A DNA stretch of 60,981 nt, the filler included, from Sphacelaria rigidula (lineage: Eukaryota): NCBI GenBank assembly GCA_964200075.2. It is 10 parts of 10 records of this genome, joined end to end, with 100 filler letters (N's around TTAATTAATTAA, not from the genome) between each part and the next. Parts side by side here need not be neighbours in the genome. Positions count along the whole stretch, not along the records: positions 48,866 to 54,873 come from CAXNAA020022836.1; positions 54,974 to 60,981 come from CAXNAA020022837.1; 8 more parts are not named here. One strand, given 5' to 3'. Under the pieces are notes generated by a model. It had not been told where the DNA came from. It was given only the letters and a program-made list of their open reading frames with translations, and ran no database searches. Position numbers and translations under genes: made by a program. Below, piece after piece: positions 48,981 to 60,981 of the stretch. Position 1 is the stretch's first letter; every line of letters begins with the position of its first letter.

Positions 48981-50400
48981 AATAAGGTGAGGGTCCGGAT
49001 TTCGATCGTTTCCCCGTGCTCCAGGTGTTGTTCACACCATTCGTCATCATCCGCTTTATATATCGTTCGGGGTCTCATGTAGACTTGAGCGTAAAACCTA
49101 TCTCGGTATGGTATGGGAATTATTCGACGTGGCGCCCAGACAAGAAATTCGCTCAGGCTGTTGAGCAGATGGGCTTGTTTCCCTTGATCAGATGATGAAT
49201 AGATTGTGTGGATCACCGCCCAATTTTTTTTCTGTGTCGATGAGATACAACTGAGGGAACTTGAATTCGTTGTCAGGCTGGTTCAGCTCGTTGAGTACAC
49301 ATTTCCAGGAATGTGTTTCAGAGTACACGGGGTATCTACCGTCGAATTGGCTGGTCATTCTAGATCAGGATACCGACTGCCGAAAGTACTGGGGTAATTT
49401 AAGAGTACCTAAAATATCGTCTCCTCAAACTAGTCGTACTCGCATTCTACTCTGTCCTGAGGAACCTTCGACGAGGTCTCGTGGGAACACGAAATATAAT
49501 GTAAAAAAACGGGAGAACCACCGAAATCACACACTTTTGTATGCACCGTTTGCAGGAACAAATGCAGAGACGGCAATTCATGAACAGTGTTGTTGCGAAG
49601 ATTTCATCCTCGGTAGTTGCCACGAGCAGCTATTGTTGTGAGCTTCTGCGACGCGTTGTGTATCTAGAAATGCTCCCAAGAAGGATGGATACGATGGGAA
49701 GACGGTAGCTTGCGCAGAAGAGATGGCTTGTGTAGCAAGCGGTACCATGTCTTTGAACATTGCAGACACAATCGCTTCACGACACGGCACGCTACACAGT
49801 CAGCCCCGACCCGTCTGCAACATATTATCTTGCATATTTTCGTGCGATTCGACCTTGTTCCCATCTGCCACTAGTCCGTCTGCAATGGTTGTCACCCTCC
49901 TAATCACGTCGTAACGCTCAGCGCAATGTATTCCGTTGGTGTATGAGGAAGGCGTATAGCTAGGGTAGACAGAAACGAACGGGGGAGACTGTCGTAGGAG
50001 ATGTCGTCCTGATGCCGAAGGAAGTCCGGGGCTGGCGATTATTTCCTCCTATGATATGTGAGCAAGAAGTGGACCAGACTTGATCGTGATGATCGTGGGG
50101 TGATCAGTTACCTCGGGACATGTGGGGTCTTCCTGAGATCAGGCTCTTGTTGGCATCACCCCGAGTTGTCTAGTATCGTTGGCATTATGGGGTCTCGGTA
50201 ACCTGGTCCTTTCAGACCGTTCCTACTGTGTCTGCATGCGCTGGTTCTTCATACATGTGTGGCATCAATCTCTGATATGTCACTGCAAGTAGGTGTCTTC
50301 CACAAGTGGACAAGATGGAATATTTGCTGGACACACTTGCCGCTCTCCTGTGGTCTAATGGTCCGATTGTTACCATTGGGGTGGAGGAAACTTGGTTTTT

Positions 50401-50480
50401 GATTGGTTGAGAAATTGTCGCACATCAACTGATCCCCCAGGGATCCAGCCCTGGTCACATCATAGACGTACCCAAGAAAA
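50401..50480 (-). mobile_element. Family G 3' end
   Basis: TTGTCGCAC..AACTGATCCCCCAGGGATCCAGCC.TGGTCACATCATAGACGTACCCAAG. Confidence 0.75.
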
Positions 50481-51409
50481 AACAACACTGAAACGCTCGC
50501 TGAAGAAAAAGAAGCAACAAAAAAGTCGAACTGAACGATATAGTGGACTAAGACGTGGAACAAGAGAAGAGGAAGTCAAGAAAAGCAAAGCACAGAAAGA
50601 AATGGTCGATTTTGAACGAAAAAAGGAAAGGAAGAGAAAATAAAGGAGCAAAAAAAAAAGAAGAGCATGTGTGCTCGATTCTCGATGCGTTGAGGTTTCC
50701 TTTCAATTATCAATCATCTGATTTTCACCGTCCAAAGCGTGAGTACGTGCGTAAAAAAAAGTGGTTGGCTGAGGTTGCCGCGATCCTCAAGACTAAAAGG
50801 CAAGGCGTGTACCGGAGTGAGATGCGTCAATCCCTTGAACCCATGGACTCATCCCGAGGAAGGGGGAGGGGGGTTCAAAGTGCGACAAATAAAACGTTTC
50901 TTGTTTCAAGTTGCAGGTAAGGCGACCGACAACAACTTCCGTAGGTGAAGATATCCCAACGAGTTGACTCCTGTTACACATGCAAATGACGACAAATTCG
51001 GAAACAATGTGTACCTGTTGTGTCCTATCTCCCTTGTCGTTCTCGCACAGTTACTCAGCCGAGACGGCGGCATCTGCTTACTCACATGTGGACCCTGCCC
51101 AAGTGTCGCGCGTTTTCGTGCTCGGACCATCTCACCATGTACACATGCGGTAAGTCATGTCACGAGCGCTGTCTAATCAGAACGTGCCTCCTCATGCGGT
51201 GGAACTTCGTGACCAGCAATCTTTACATGACACCATGAGTGACAGGCGGTGAGAGCACCTCAGTTGTACTGCAGTATGGATGCAAAATGCCCCTCAAAAC
51301 CATGCCGAACTATTGAATGTGATGTGTCGATGTTCAGGTCAGGGCTGCTGTTCATGGTAACTTGCAAGCCGGTACTATCCTTGTCTGTCACTCAATATTC
51401 TATGTACAG

Positions 51410-51473
51410 TGGGTGCGCAGTTTCGACAGCCTCATCTCTGGAAACACCCATCGGCGACCTCAGCGTTGATCAG
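51410..51473 (+). CDS. MEMO1: MEMO1 family (AmmeMemoRadiSam protein B) internal exon
   Basis: TACAG acceptor, CAG|GTGCGA donor; GCAVSTASSLETPIGDLSVDQ matches the MEMO1 CALS...TPLGDL.ID motif. Confidence 0.85.
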
Positions 51474-51778
51474 GTGCGAACAATGGAGGTAATTTGACTC
51501 TATGATGATCTTGACATGAATGGAATTTTTGTCAGATGTGTCCACCAGTCGTTTTTCAAACGACCGGTTGTCGCAACTAAGGTTCTGGGTGCACATTGTG
51601 TACTGCAACCTAGAACACTTGGATTGTGACTTCATGGCGCCCAGATGCTCTTGTTGGTGACGCTTTTTCGCGTCGTTTTGTGCGCACTGCATGTTTCCTG
51701 TCTGTTTGAGTGTTTCGCGCGAAGTGACACTGAAAGCCGGGTCATGCGATGCCATCGGTCATTATTCTAAAACCGCAG

Positions 51779-51883
51779 GAGGTTGTGCGAGAGCTGCTTG
51801 CGACTGGACTTTTCGACGTGATGACGCCACGCATGGATGAAGACGAGCATTCTATTGAGATGCACTTGCCCTTTATAAGAAAG
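51779..51883 (+). CDS. MEMO1: MEMO1 family internal exon
   Basis: CGCAG acceptor, AAG|GTACGG donor, in phase with the previous exon; EVVRELLATGLFDVMTPRMDEDEHSIEMHLPFIRK contains the signature DEDEHSIEMHLP. Confidence 0.93.
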
Positions 51884-52259
51884 GTACGGGGAGTTTCCAC
51901 CGCAATACGACGTCTTGGAGTGCGGATCCCTCGTACAGTGTGACCACAATCGCTTGTCAAGTGTTTGACCCGCAGCACTTCTTTCAACTGCACTGTACCA
52001 GCACAGTTCGGGATCGCATCACTGTCATGCCGGCAGGCAATTCAGGATACTTTGGTAGAACTTTACTATATCTAGAAGTTGGAAATGGATGAGCTCGTGA
52101 AATATGCATCTCACGTGGCGCATTGCGATCCAACAGCTGCACCGGTTTTGCCGGACCATGGTTGAAGGTGTCTGTTCAACATGAGAATTGGCGTGAGCAT
52201 TTGCGCCTTTGTGCTATGGAGTGAGCTCGAAATGTGCAAGTTCCCAACAACTTGCTTCC

Positions 52260-52820
52260 AGTCTTCGATTTTTTTTTCCAGGTATGTTTTGCGTTAGAAC
52301 GACCGCATAGCATTTTTTCCTTCAGTTACGATTCAAACCTCTGTACAAATTTTAATTTGATTACTCCAGGACTCGTTTTTTCAAGGCATTCTGTACCGAC
52401 CTCTTGGAGTATTTCCCGAATCCGGTAAAACGCGGAGAATGTTTGAAAAACATTCGAAGTACACTTTCACGATTGAAGTACCAACATCCACCGAACTGCC
52501 GAGTTTGAGGACGATCTGAGCTTTTTTGGACATATACAAGGGAAACTATCAGGAGGCTTACTGATCTTCAACGTATATCATCAGGGAAAATCCGACGATG
52601 CTAAAACCGCACGTCACCAAACTACCACGGGTGTGGATATGATTCGATCTCAGAGTAACCATTGTCAAAACTATTTTTTCCCCACTAGATTTCTGAGCTG
52701 ATCGTGGTTGCTATGATGTTGGAGCATGTAGATATTGGGTAAAATTTGGGCTGGGAATTCGTATTTTTTATTTGAGAACAAGTCGGAGGCCGCTCATTGG
52801 CCGAGGTACCTTTTAGCCCT
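52260..52820 (+). repeat. Dispersed repeat shared with 15950-16490, probably in a MEMO1 intron
   Basis: Collinear similarity blocks as listed for 15950-16490. Confidence 0.6.
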
Positions 52821-54873
52821 CAACGTCACCGCCATGGCGTTGAACAAACATTTGGCCGTGCCACCCTCTTCAGTTGTCCATGGTAGCCAGGATGATATCG
52901 TGTATACGACTATTGAGGAGGTGTTGCGAACGGTATTTGGTGATTGTTGAATTTCGGGTCGAAATCGTGAATCAGCCTGCATAAGGTGGCTTCGCCTATA
53001 CGACCTCATGAGTAATAGCTCCAAATCATGACAGCACTGCAATGTGAGACATAAGTGACACGAGGCAAGGTCTGGAAACTTCTGCAAACGGCGAGCGTTT
53101 GGATTCAACAGCGCGTGACCAAATATTGTGACGAGTGGTCCTCTTGAAGCTTATCATCACACTGAGTATGTATGTATAAAATACACACAATAATGGTGCT
53201 TTCACAGTAATCTATGATACTTCCTCCGTCCCATAAGTAAAATCCGTTATGGGGAATAGGCCGTAACTCTCCAACGGAGGTGCTAACAAAGTTATGGCCA
53301 GGTTCGTTGAAAACATATAGTTTTGGTAGAGGTCGGAAATGGTTTGTTTAACCATTAACCAGTTGAATGGTTACGCCTGGCGCACTCATTAATCAGTTAA
53401 ATGGTACATAATGGTTCCGTCATCAGGCGGCGCAGCCGCGAGCCAAATAGACCCTTCCCCGGAGGAGGCACCGCCGGAAGCGCCCCCGGAGGGCCCCGCT
53501 GGAGACGCCGTGCCGGAGACACGTTTTTATGCGATTTGGCCAGTTGTAACTCGTACCATTTCCGAGCTCTAAGTTGTGGAGATGTCCACTGGAAAAACTA
53601 AAAACAGAATAATCGACCTACAACCTTAGAATCGTTGGGTCAAACATGGCCAAATTTCGACCAAATTTCGTCCAATCTGTAGATTTTCGGCCGACTTTCG
53701 ACGAATCTGGCTTGTTTCGAAGACATTGAAGGCTACAATGTAAACGAGTGGTTTCAGACTAGACGTAGCTATCGTGTGTCAGCGATGGATCGGAGGAAAA
53801 GAGCTAGTTCTACTTTTTCCCGCGAATTTTGTTGTTTTCGGGTTTTTTAGGGTTGTCTATGTTCTGGAGAAGGGGCGAAATATGGCCATTTTCGGGCCGC
53901 GTAATCGTTTTTCGGCCGTTCGCGTACGCTGGCTGCTGCGCAAAAACAGAAAATATATATACGTGATTCAACTAAAAAAAACTGAAGATTGAAAAAAAGA
54001 AACGCCTAAGGCATTGGACACGGTTAAGGGTCCGTGTGATCATAACGGACTTTACATATGGGTAGAGGAAGTATGTCTCGCATTTGTGTGCAGTGCGGCA
54101 TAAGAGTAACCAGCTGCATTGTTTGCACTGCAGGATGGTCAGAGGAACGAGCACACGCTGTCTGGTCCAGTAGCAGCACAGGACCGAAGGGTTCCTATAA
54201 TAGTCAGCATCAGAAGTTTTCAGAATTCGTAGTTGTTGCAGTTTTTGAGTTTTTCTCGAGTACTATTCTTCACTAGTACTTGAAAGTGCTAGCGCCGGTA
54301 GACTTAGGGGGAAAGCGTAGGCCGCGCTCAAACTGCAGTGCCCAGGTTGGTGTTTTTGCGGCGATACGAACAATATATCCCGTTTATCAGGAGGGTGTCA
54401 TTGACCGTTTTTGGTCCAATTTAAGGAGTTTTCCTGCTCTTCCGCAACGAAACGGTAAGTATTGACATGAAAAAATCTACACAATAACGATCGAGATGGT
54501 GATTCCCCCCTATACTGCACAGACCTCAGTCTAGCAGTTTCTGCGGATGGCCTCTTCAGTTTTTTTTCGCATAACATTCTCCATGAGCACTCGAAAGTGC
54601 TGGCGTCGATAGTTTTGGCAAAATAAGCAGACCGTGCTCAAATCACAATGCCCAAGTTGGTGTTGTGGGGGCGATACGGAGTAAAGACGCCGTTCATCAG
54701 GAGAGTAATATTGATCGTGAATGGTCCAAGAAACATAGTTTTCCAGCTTGAGCGCAGCGAATTGGTGAAATTTCAAGAAAATAATCATTCTTGAGTCTTC
54801 ACTTATGTGATCGGGATCGAGTCGGTCCACCGAAAAGACCGAAAAGCTAGAACCTGGGGTTGCACTTTCGCAG

Positions 54874-54973
54874 NNNNNNNNNNNNNNNNNNNNNNNNNNN
54901 NNNNNNNNNNNNNNNNNTTAATTAATTAANNNNNNNNNNNNNNNNNNNNNNNNNNNNNNNNNNNNNNNNNNNN
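54874..54973. other. Artificial contig linker
   Basis: N44-TTAATTAATTAA-N44. Confidence 0.98.
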
Positions 54974-55086
54974 CTAACATAAAAGCCGGACACCGAATGG
55001 ATGAACGACAAAGTTGTATGAACCATATATATATATATATATATATATATGCTTGCACCATACAGCGAACAAGTAGGATTTGATTG
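54974..55086 (+). repeat. Terminal direct repeat of contig 10, left copy
   Basis: Matches 60871-60981 except two substitutions and (AT)n length. Confidence 0.95.
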
Positions 55087-55129
55087 CATACGGGAAAATA
55101 GGCGAGGAAGAAGACTCAAGATGTCAAGA

Positions 55130-55415
55130 CCATGCTTGTTCGAACAGGTTGACAGGGGGCCAGGAGTTTCCCATGCGTGTTCGAACAGGTCGCCATGGAT
55201 CTAGGATTTCCCATGTGTTTTCGAACAGGTTGTCATGGATCCAGGATTTCCCATGTGTTTTCGAACAGGTTGACAGGGGGGGCAAGAGTTTCCCATGCGT
55301 GTTCGAACAGGTCGCCATGGATCTAGGATTTCCATGTGTTTTCGAACAGGTTGACAGGGAGGCCAGAATTTTCCCATGTGTGTTCGAACAGGTTGACATG
55401 GAGCCAGAATTCCCT
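55130..55415. repeat. ~40-bp minisatellite, 7 copies
   Basis: Core CCATG.GT.TTCGAACAGGT with a variable second half. Confidence 0.92.
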
Positions 55416-56034
55416 TGGGAGTCCATGTATTTATACATGGCTGTCCCAGACACGTGATACCCTGGCTAAATGCACGCGCGTGAACCTGTTTTGTCCAGTT
55501 ATACTGCTGCCCCCTTCGTTCTCCTTCCGCTTTATTTTTTGTTCGCTATTGTTATACTGGTGAAGCGCTGCTATCCCTGTTACTGGATTCATCATTTCTC
55601 ACGCCGTTGATGATTGAAAACGTTTCCGCCAGTGGTTGAGAATGTTTCCGCCAGACACCACCCCGGTGAATATCGATGCCATGCCATAGATTGCGGCTAA
55701 TTTCGATTACCTGTGAATGATGAAGGTGGTTCTATCAAATGGAAGCGGAAGGTTTGTTGAGCCTGACTCGTATCCAGGGTGAGGATGAGGGTTTGAGCAC
55801 GCTCGCTACGATCTGGCCTCGTGACGAAGCAGCGTTACCAGAGGCTTGAGGAGCCGCTATAACTCGTTCGTCGGTTCAAAAGGCACAGCGGAAGTCAGAC
55901 CAAGGCCCTGATGGGAGGAGGCTTCAACTGAGGAGCCACGGATACCAAGTGGTAAAACCAGGTCTCAATCTTGAGATCAAAATGCAGAAAGAGGCTCAAT
56001 TGCGCGGTCGATTCCCCGAGGTACCAAGATCCGC

Positions 56035-56525
56035 AAACGGTTTACGGACAGCCCAGAGCGGTCAACAAGAACAAGAGCATATCCGGATGGGATGGGATCC
56101 TTTCTGTACGGTGTTGAAATTCCCTACGTGGTCTAACCCGGCAGAGCGGTCAACAAGATCAAGGACGCCCCCCCGGGCGGGATAGAATCGTTCCTGCGCG
56201 GTGTTGAAATGCCCTACGCGGTCTAACACGGCAGAACGGTTTTCAAGATCGACGGCTACACCAAGACGCCAAGTACTCGGGAAAAGGGACATGGTAACGC
56301 GGCGATCCATCGTGTGAACCATGTTCAGACCCAGGGTTTTTCAATCCTGGACTGAGAGGGGGTGTTACGGATCGCGGCGTGGCGTGGTGGATTAGGGTAG
56401 TACGATGATGGGCCGTCGGTTTCAAAACGACACTACGCCCCGAGGGCTGATTGCGGGAACTGGCTAGTACCGCAATCAGGGGTGAGGGTGATGTAATTCG
56501 TCAAGAGACGAAATACATAAACATG
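56035..56525 (+). mobile_element. Possible LTR retrotransposon 3' junction (PPT 56354-56362, LTR start 56363) preceded by ~90-bp repeats
   Basis: GAGAGGGGG directly followed by TGTTACGG; upstream duplicated CGGTGTTGAAAT.CCCTACG.GGTCTAAC.CGGCAGA. LTR end not located. Confidence 0.45.
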
Positions 56526-59500
56526 TCTTTTTACATCTGGTTGGATTCGGTTCTTTCCAAGGATCGATTCAACCAGCTGTCATCCTGGTGTTTCACTTCT
56601 TCTTTCCAAGTGCAGAACTTCTTGTAAGTGCGAGTCAACACCACCAAGAAAGAAAGAGAAATCGAATCGGCCTGAAGCTGTGATTGAGAATATCCTGACG
56701 TTCGTCGTGTATCGTTCTGCGTTGAACTTTCCCATGTGCTGTGAGCTTACGATTGTTTCAGAAATAGCGGCGAGACTGTAAAGATGTTTGATTCAAGCAG
56801 TGAGCAGATGTGTGAAGGTCGACATGATAGTAAAACGATTTGTGTGCACAAATGGAATGGTGGAATGTGCAACCACATAGTAAAAGTAACTCGTATTTGC
56901 ATGAGCTAGCGAGACATCGTAGCTTGCATGACCGAAATGCTATTGTTGCTTCGCTCTAGTACTCGGCTTGCACAGTAGAGATATGCATATTGACAACAAC
57001 TATGGCCAACACTATTCTGTTTGTAACATGGCGCTTCCATAACCGGGACTATTGTGTCGACTGTTGTCATCTGTGATCACTCCTCTTGCGATTACTCGAA
57101 ATGCGCTTTTTCAACGAAGCATCAGCCACCGCGATGTTTTGATCCCCATATATGAAAATTCGTTGTTCGCCTCAAACGAGAACCCTGCATGTGACGACGA
57201 ATTTTGCTGTCTGAGAATGACGAATGAACGAACTGGTCCTCGGTCAATCCCGTGTGCGCTTGAACGCGTTGTCGACTGTGTTTATCCTGCGTCACCTGAA
57301 GATGCGTGCCCACAGCGTTAGCGCAGCGGTTTTTGCCAAACGACTGAGTTTGATGTTTGGGGTGCGCCCGTAACAGCGGTTACAGCTGTTCAGGTGGTGT
57401 TCATACTGCATACCGTACAGTCAACATGAGAGATCCGTATAATCTATACATTTTACAGTATAACTGCGGAGGATTCGAAATTTCAAATGACCGCACTGCG
57501 TCCATCACTCGAGTTCATGTGTTTGAAGAATCTGGCGATGTGGCCAGCCAACCTTACTTTTTGCCATAACAAGCTATAACCTGTGGAGGGAAAGAAAATG
57601 ATGGCTCGACCTGAAGACATCGTGCTATCCGCTTTGGATTGATCTCATGGTTCACTGGATGATCGCGTGGATAACGCTTGCCTCATAATGCATCTGGGTA
57701 AGAGCCAATGTGATGAACCGTGAATGCTGTCAAACGCTGGATTGTTTGTTCTTGTTGCCCGATATGTACCGAACTGATGCGCTGATGCTGTCGCTCCGAG
57801 TCAAGCTACCGCATGCATGCAGCGGTTGTTCTTGTCTACGGGAGGCCGCATTCCTACGGCATCTATGCACGACTGCAACATGTCTGTGGCAAGCGCACAC
57901 ATGTATGCCTCTATCATGGTCCAGGGATACCATTGCAATGTTGTCTGCTGGACTTTGAGTTTGCTGATCACTGATGATACAGCCGAAATCCGGCTACCTA
58001 GACTGTTTTCATGTACTACGGTCTGTCTGGTGCCATTGAACTGGGGGTGTAAAGGCAGGCCATCTGTTGTGAGCATCTCGCATAATCTGAAACAGCGTTG
58101 CACAACGCTTGCACCGTGCACGAACCAGACTGATACCCCATACACATTGCCATATAAATGCGGAGGGTTTTTAGATGTGATGATCTTCCTTACGCCTTGA
58201 AATAAATCTGCTTTCACGGAGTGGGTACAGGAACGAAATGTGAAAGTTGAACCTGCAAGGAGGTGTGAAATTAGACAAGTTGGTGCTTGCTTTATACACC
58301 ACGTCATGGTTGACGCTAAGATAAAATGATTCTCTACACCGCTTTGTTATATTCTTCGATGCAATACCTGCTGTAAGCCCGATTTCTGCTGTGCAATGCA
58401 GCTGAAAGGAGCGATTTGCACTGCAACTCAAAATGAAGTGAAATCACTGTACCCGTTTTGCACGCCCCGTTTACCGACGCCAGCTGGGCTTGAAGTTTGA
58501 AGTTATTCACTCCAAGCCTGCGCAATGATACCCCTGCAGCTCCGTCGTGAAACAACCGCTGCGATTGATACTGATGATGCTATAAAGGATGGTTGTTTGT
58601 AAGCGGCATACATTATTGCTTGGATGCTACGTCTATCACTTTCGAAAGTCACAGACGCACGGTAGAGTGCTTTGAGTTTCCAAAGGTTGCCGAGGCGCAA
58701 TCTTTTTTATGCATTCAGGCACTTTAGCTGCAAGTGACGTGCATTCACTGTAGGCACGAATATCCGCGTGGTACAGTCACATGCAGAAACGGGATGGAGC
58801 ATGCAAACTAGGTTGGATTTATATACCATTTCAACCCCACTGCTTCAAGTTTAAGCTCTAGGCGTTGCCGCTGGACGGAGTCACGTGGACTCGTTCATAT
58901 CTGACGCTGCTGTCGCCATATGCTTTGATTTTTGCATGGTGATGCTTGGAATGCATGTTGCATGACAGCGGTGCCATATATATACATATATTTATATATG
59001 CATTCAACAAAGTAGCGGATATTCGATGTGTAATTCCCCGCCCCAAGTAGCCACCTGCATCAGTCGATAAGCGTTGTTTCAAGCATCATCGATCTACTGC
59101 TATCCAATCTTGCTTTTGCCTTGAAACGTTGTAACCGAGAGGCAAACCGCCAAATAGATAGTGAGTGAAGCGCACGAAGACGTACATGGGTAAATATGAT
59201 GTTACATGAAGCTAGGGGGGGTATTACCTGCGACTACGTACAAGACCATGCTATGCTTGCTTTAGACGCCCTGGCCGGTCAGATTTTCTGCACACAGCAA
59301 TGAAAACGTTGAAGCGATGAATCTTTATACCCCGTCATCATGTGGATGAAACAAACAATGCTCCGTTGTAAACTGCGCAGATGTGCCTGTACGCCGCCCT
59401 GTCGTTGTGAGTATGAAGATGCTGTACTGTAGGTGAACTACTACTGTCTATACCTCTGCTTGCTACCGCCGTACTGGCTGTGCACGCAATATTGTATTGC

Positions 59501-60487
59501 TGCATTCACGTCTTGACTGAGTATTTGTTGGCCTTGGTGTGAATGTGCAAACAAGCGCTCGTCCAACAACTGTCGTATTTTCCACCGACGCCGACTGCTT
59601 CACAGAGTCAACTTTCCTGCTTCATGATTCACCCTGTACATGAGTCGTACTGCGATACTTTTGGATACCGACGCTCGGTTCTTCTACATGCTACCGTCTG
59701 ACTGAGTTATGATTGCTGTTACAATGTGGCTGTACAGGAGGACGGTACTGACTGTTTACGGCCTGCACCACCTCCTCGATGAAATCCCTGACTTCGTACT
59801 CAGTCTAACAGGGCATGAGTGATGTGCTTTCACTGTGGGAACAAAACTGTTCCGAATCCCCATCGAATCACGAATTACGCATGCCACCAGACTAGGCAGC
59901 CAATTTGTCGTGAACGGAAATTGCGAGGTTTGAATGGACGAAACACGAGGCATTTTCCCCACCCCCTGGTCAGGGGGGGCAAATCGTTAATGCTCGAAAT
60001 GCCTTATTGTCGTGGAAAATGGATATAACCTCTACGTGGTTCCCTCTGTTCGGTCGTTTGTGCCCTTGGTAGATCTCTTCAAAGAGTATAAGCGAGCCGT
60101 GCATGCGTGAAACAAATGGAGAGTCATGTGAAGTTGTTTAGATTCGAAGAGATCAAACCCAACCATGTACATCTAGCTTACATTTCGACTGTGAATACGT
60201 GGATGTTTGTATCCAGGTGCACTGCTGAACATACCATTAAATTATTTGATTAATATTACCCGCAGCGGTGAATCACAGGACTGTATGAAGCCTGCAACAC
60301 TCAACAGTTGCTCGTCGACAATTATTGTTGGTGCCCGCCTGCCAATTTCTATCCAGCTACTCATGAGTGTGATAATCAACCCAGATCCACAACGATTGAG
60401 CGGCTATGAGTGAAGCTGCATGCTAATGTGTTTGCATGCGACCACCACACGGATGCTCCGTCAGTTCCCGTTGATTGTCTATACCCG

Positions 60488-60615
60488 TGCACGCTCCGAC
60501 AATCGATTCGAAGATGACCGTCTACTTGTGCACGCTCTGACAATCCATTCAAAGATGACCGCTTACATGCGCATGCTCCGACAATCAATTCGAAGATGAC
60601 CGTGTACCTGTCTGC
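60488..60615. repeat. 41-bp minisatellite, 3 copies
   Basis: GCA.GCTC.GACAATC.ATTC.AAGATGACCG three times. Confidence 0.88.
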
Positions 60616-60643
60616 GCGCTATGAACGTCCCGGGGGCAGAACT

Positions 60644-60733
60644 TGTGACAGTTCAAGAGGCAACCAAGTAGACTACTGACCAGTCAGCGCTGACTGGTCA
60701 GTAGTTTAGTTGGTTGTCTCTTAAACCGTCACA
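60644..60733. mobile_element. 90-bp loopless palindrome, possible Ginger-type mini-MITE
   Basis: 45-bp arms with 5 mismatches, TGTGAC...GTCACA ends, flanks AACT/GACT. Confidence 0.6.
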
Positions 60734-60870
60734 GACTACATTCTTCTGGTCTTGAGAGTCCATGCGTTCCACACATTCCCTTGCCGAGATCTACACCGGA
60801 AATAATCTGATGAAAGTTGTTGGCTTGTAATGAACGACTCGTGTGTTTATCGTGGAGACTATGCAAGTTG

Positions 60871-60981
60871 CTAACATAAAAGCCGGACACCGAATGGATG
60901 AACGACAAAGTTGTATGAACCATATATATATATATATATATATATGCTTGCACCATACAGCGAAAAAGTAGGCTTTGATTG
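60871..60981 (+). repeat. Terminal direct repeat of contig 10, right copy
   Basis: Matches 54974-55086. Confidence 0.95.

Noticed and set aside
49598..49640. FILGSCH as an upstream MEMO1 exon (FILGPSHH motif)
   Set aside because: Lacks the PSHH residues and convincing splice sites; likely chance.
6054..54929. TTAATTAATTAA motif every 6108 bp, and ORFs containing X-runs or ending in LIN
   Set aside because: Artificial linker, not biological.
55130..55415. CRISPR-like repeat/spacer pattern
   Set aside because: The spacer-like halves are only ~20 nt, similar to each other and repeated; no cas genes; eukaryotic context.
55715..58200. C/D-box snoRNA cluster (several RTGATGA and CTGA motifs)
   Set aside because: I could not identify terminal stems or rRNA-complementary guides; an Rfam/snoscan run would be needed.

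Overview
This is not one locus. It is ten unlinked contigs (6009 bp, then nine of 6008 bp) joined by nine identical artificial 100-bp linkers (N44-TTAATTAATTAA-N44), so nothing can be inferred across linkers. The DNA is eukaryotic (GT-AG introns, LINEs, SINEs, MITEs); a brown-algal/stramenopile origin is my inference from style and recalled repeat families and is not verified. Host genes: the last two exons of a SLAC1/SLAH-type anion channel with a ~360-aa hydrophilic segment before TM7, two MEMO1 exons, one large exon of an unknown protein, and a tRNA-Ser(AGA). Most of the rest is nested transposon debris: a chromodomain-bearing Gypsy integrase remnant, an Academ-like transposase pseudogene, an RTE fragment, hAT and Tc1/mariner MITEs, two tRNA-SINE families and several foldbacks. 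The best leads are (i) three ~250-bp MITE families with unrelated interiors sharing a 17-bp terminal consensus and non-specific 4-bp TSDs (Sola2-like), and (ii) a non-LTR retroelement group ending in GAGTAC(A/G)-poly(C), one copy of which sits inside a C-tract. I found no CRISPR array or prokaryotic system.
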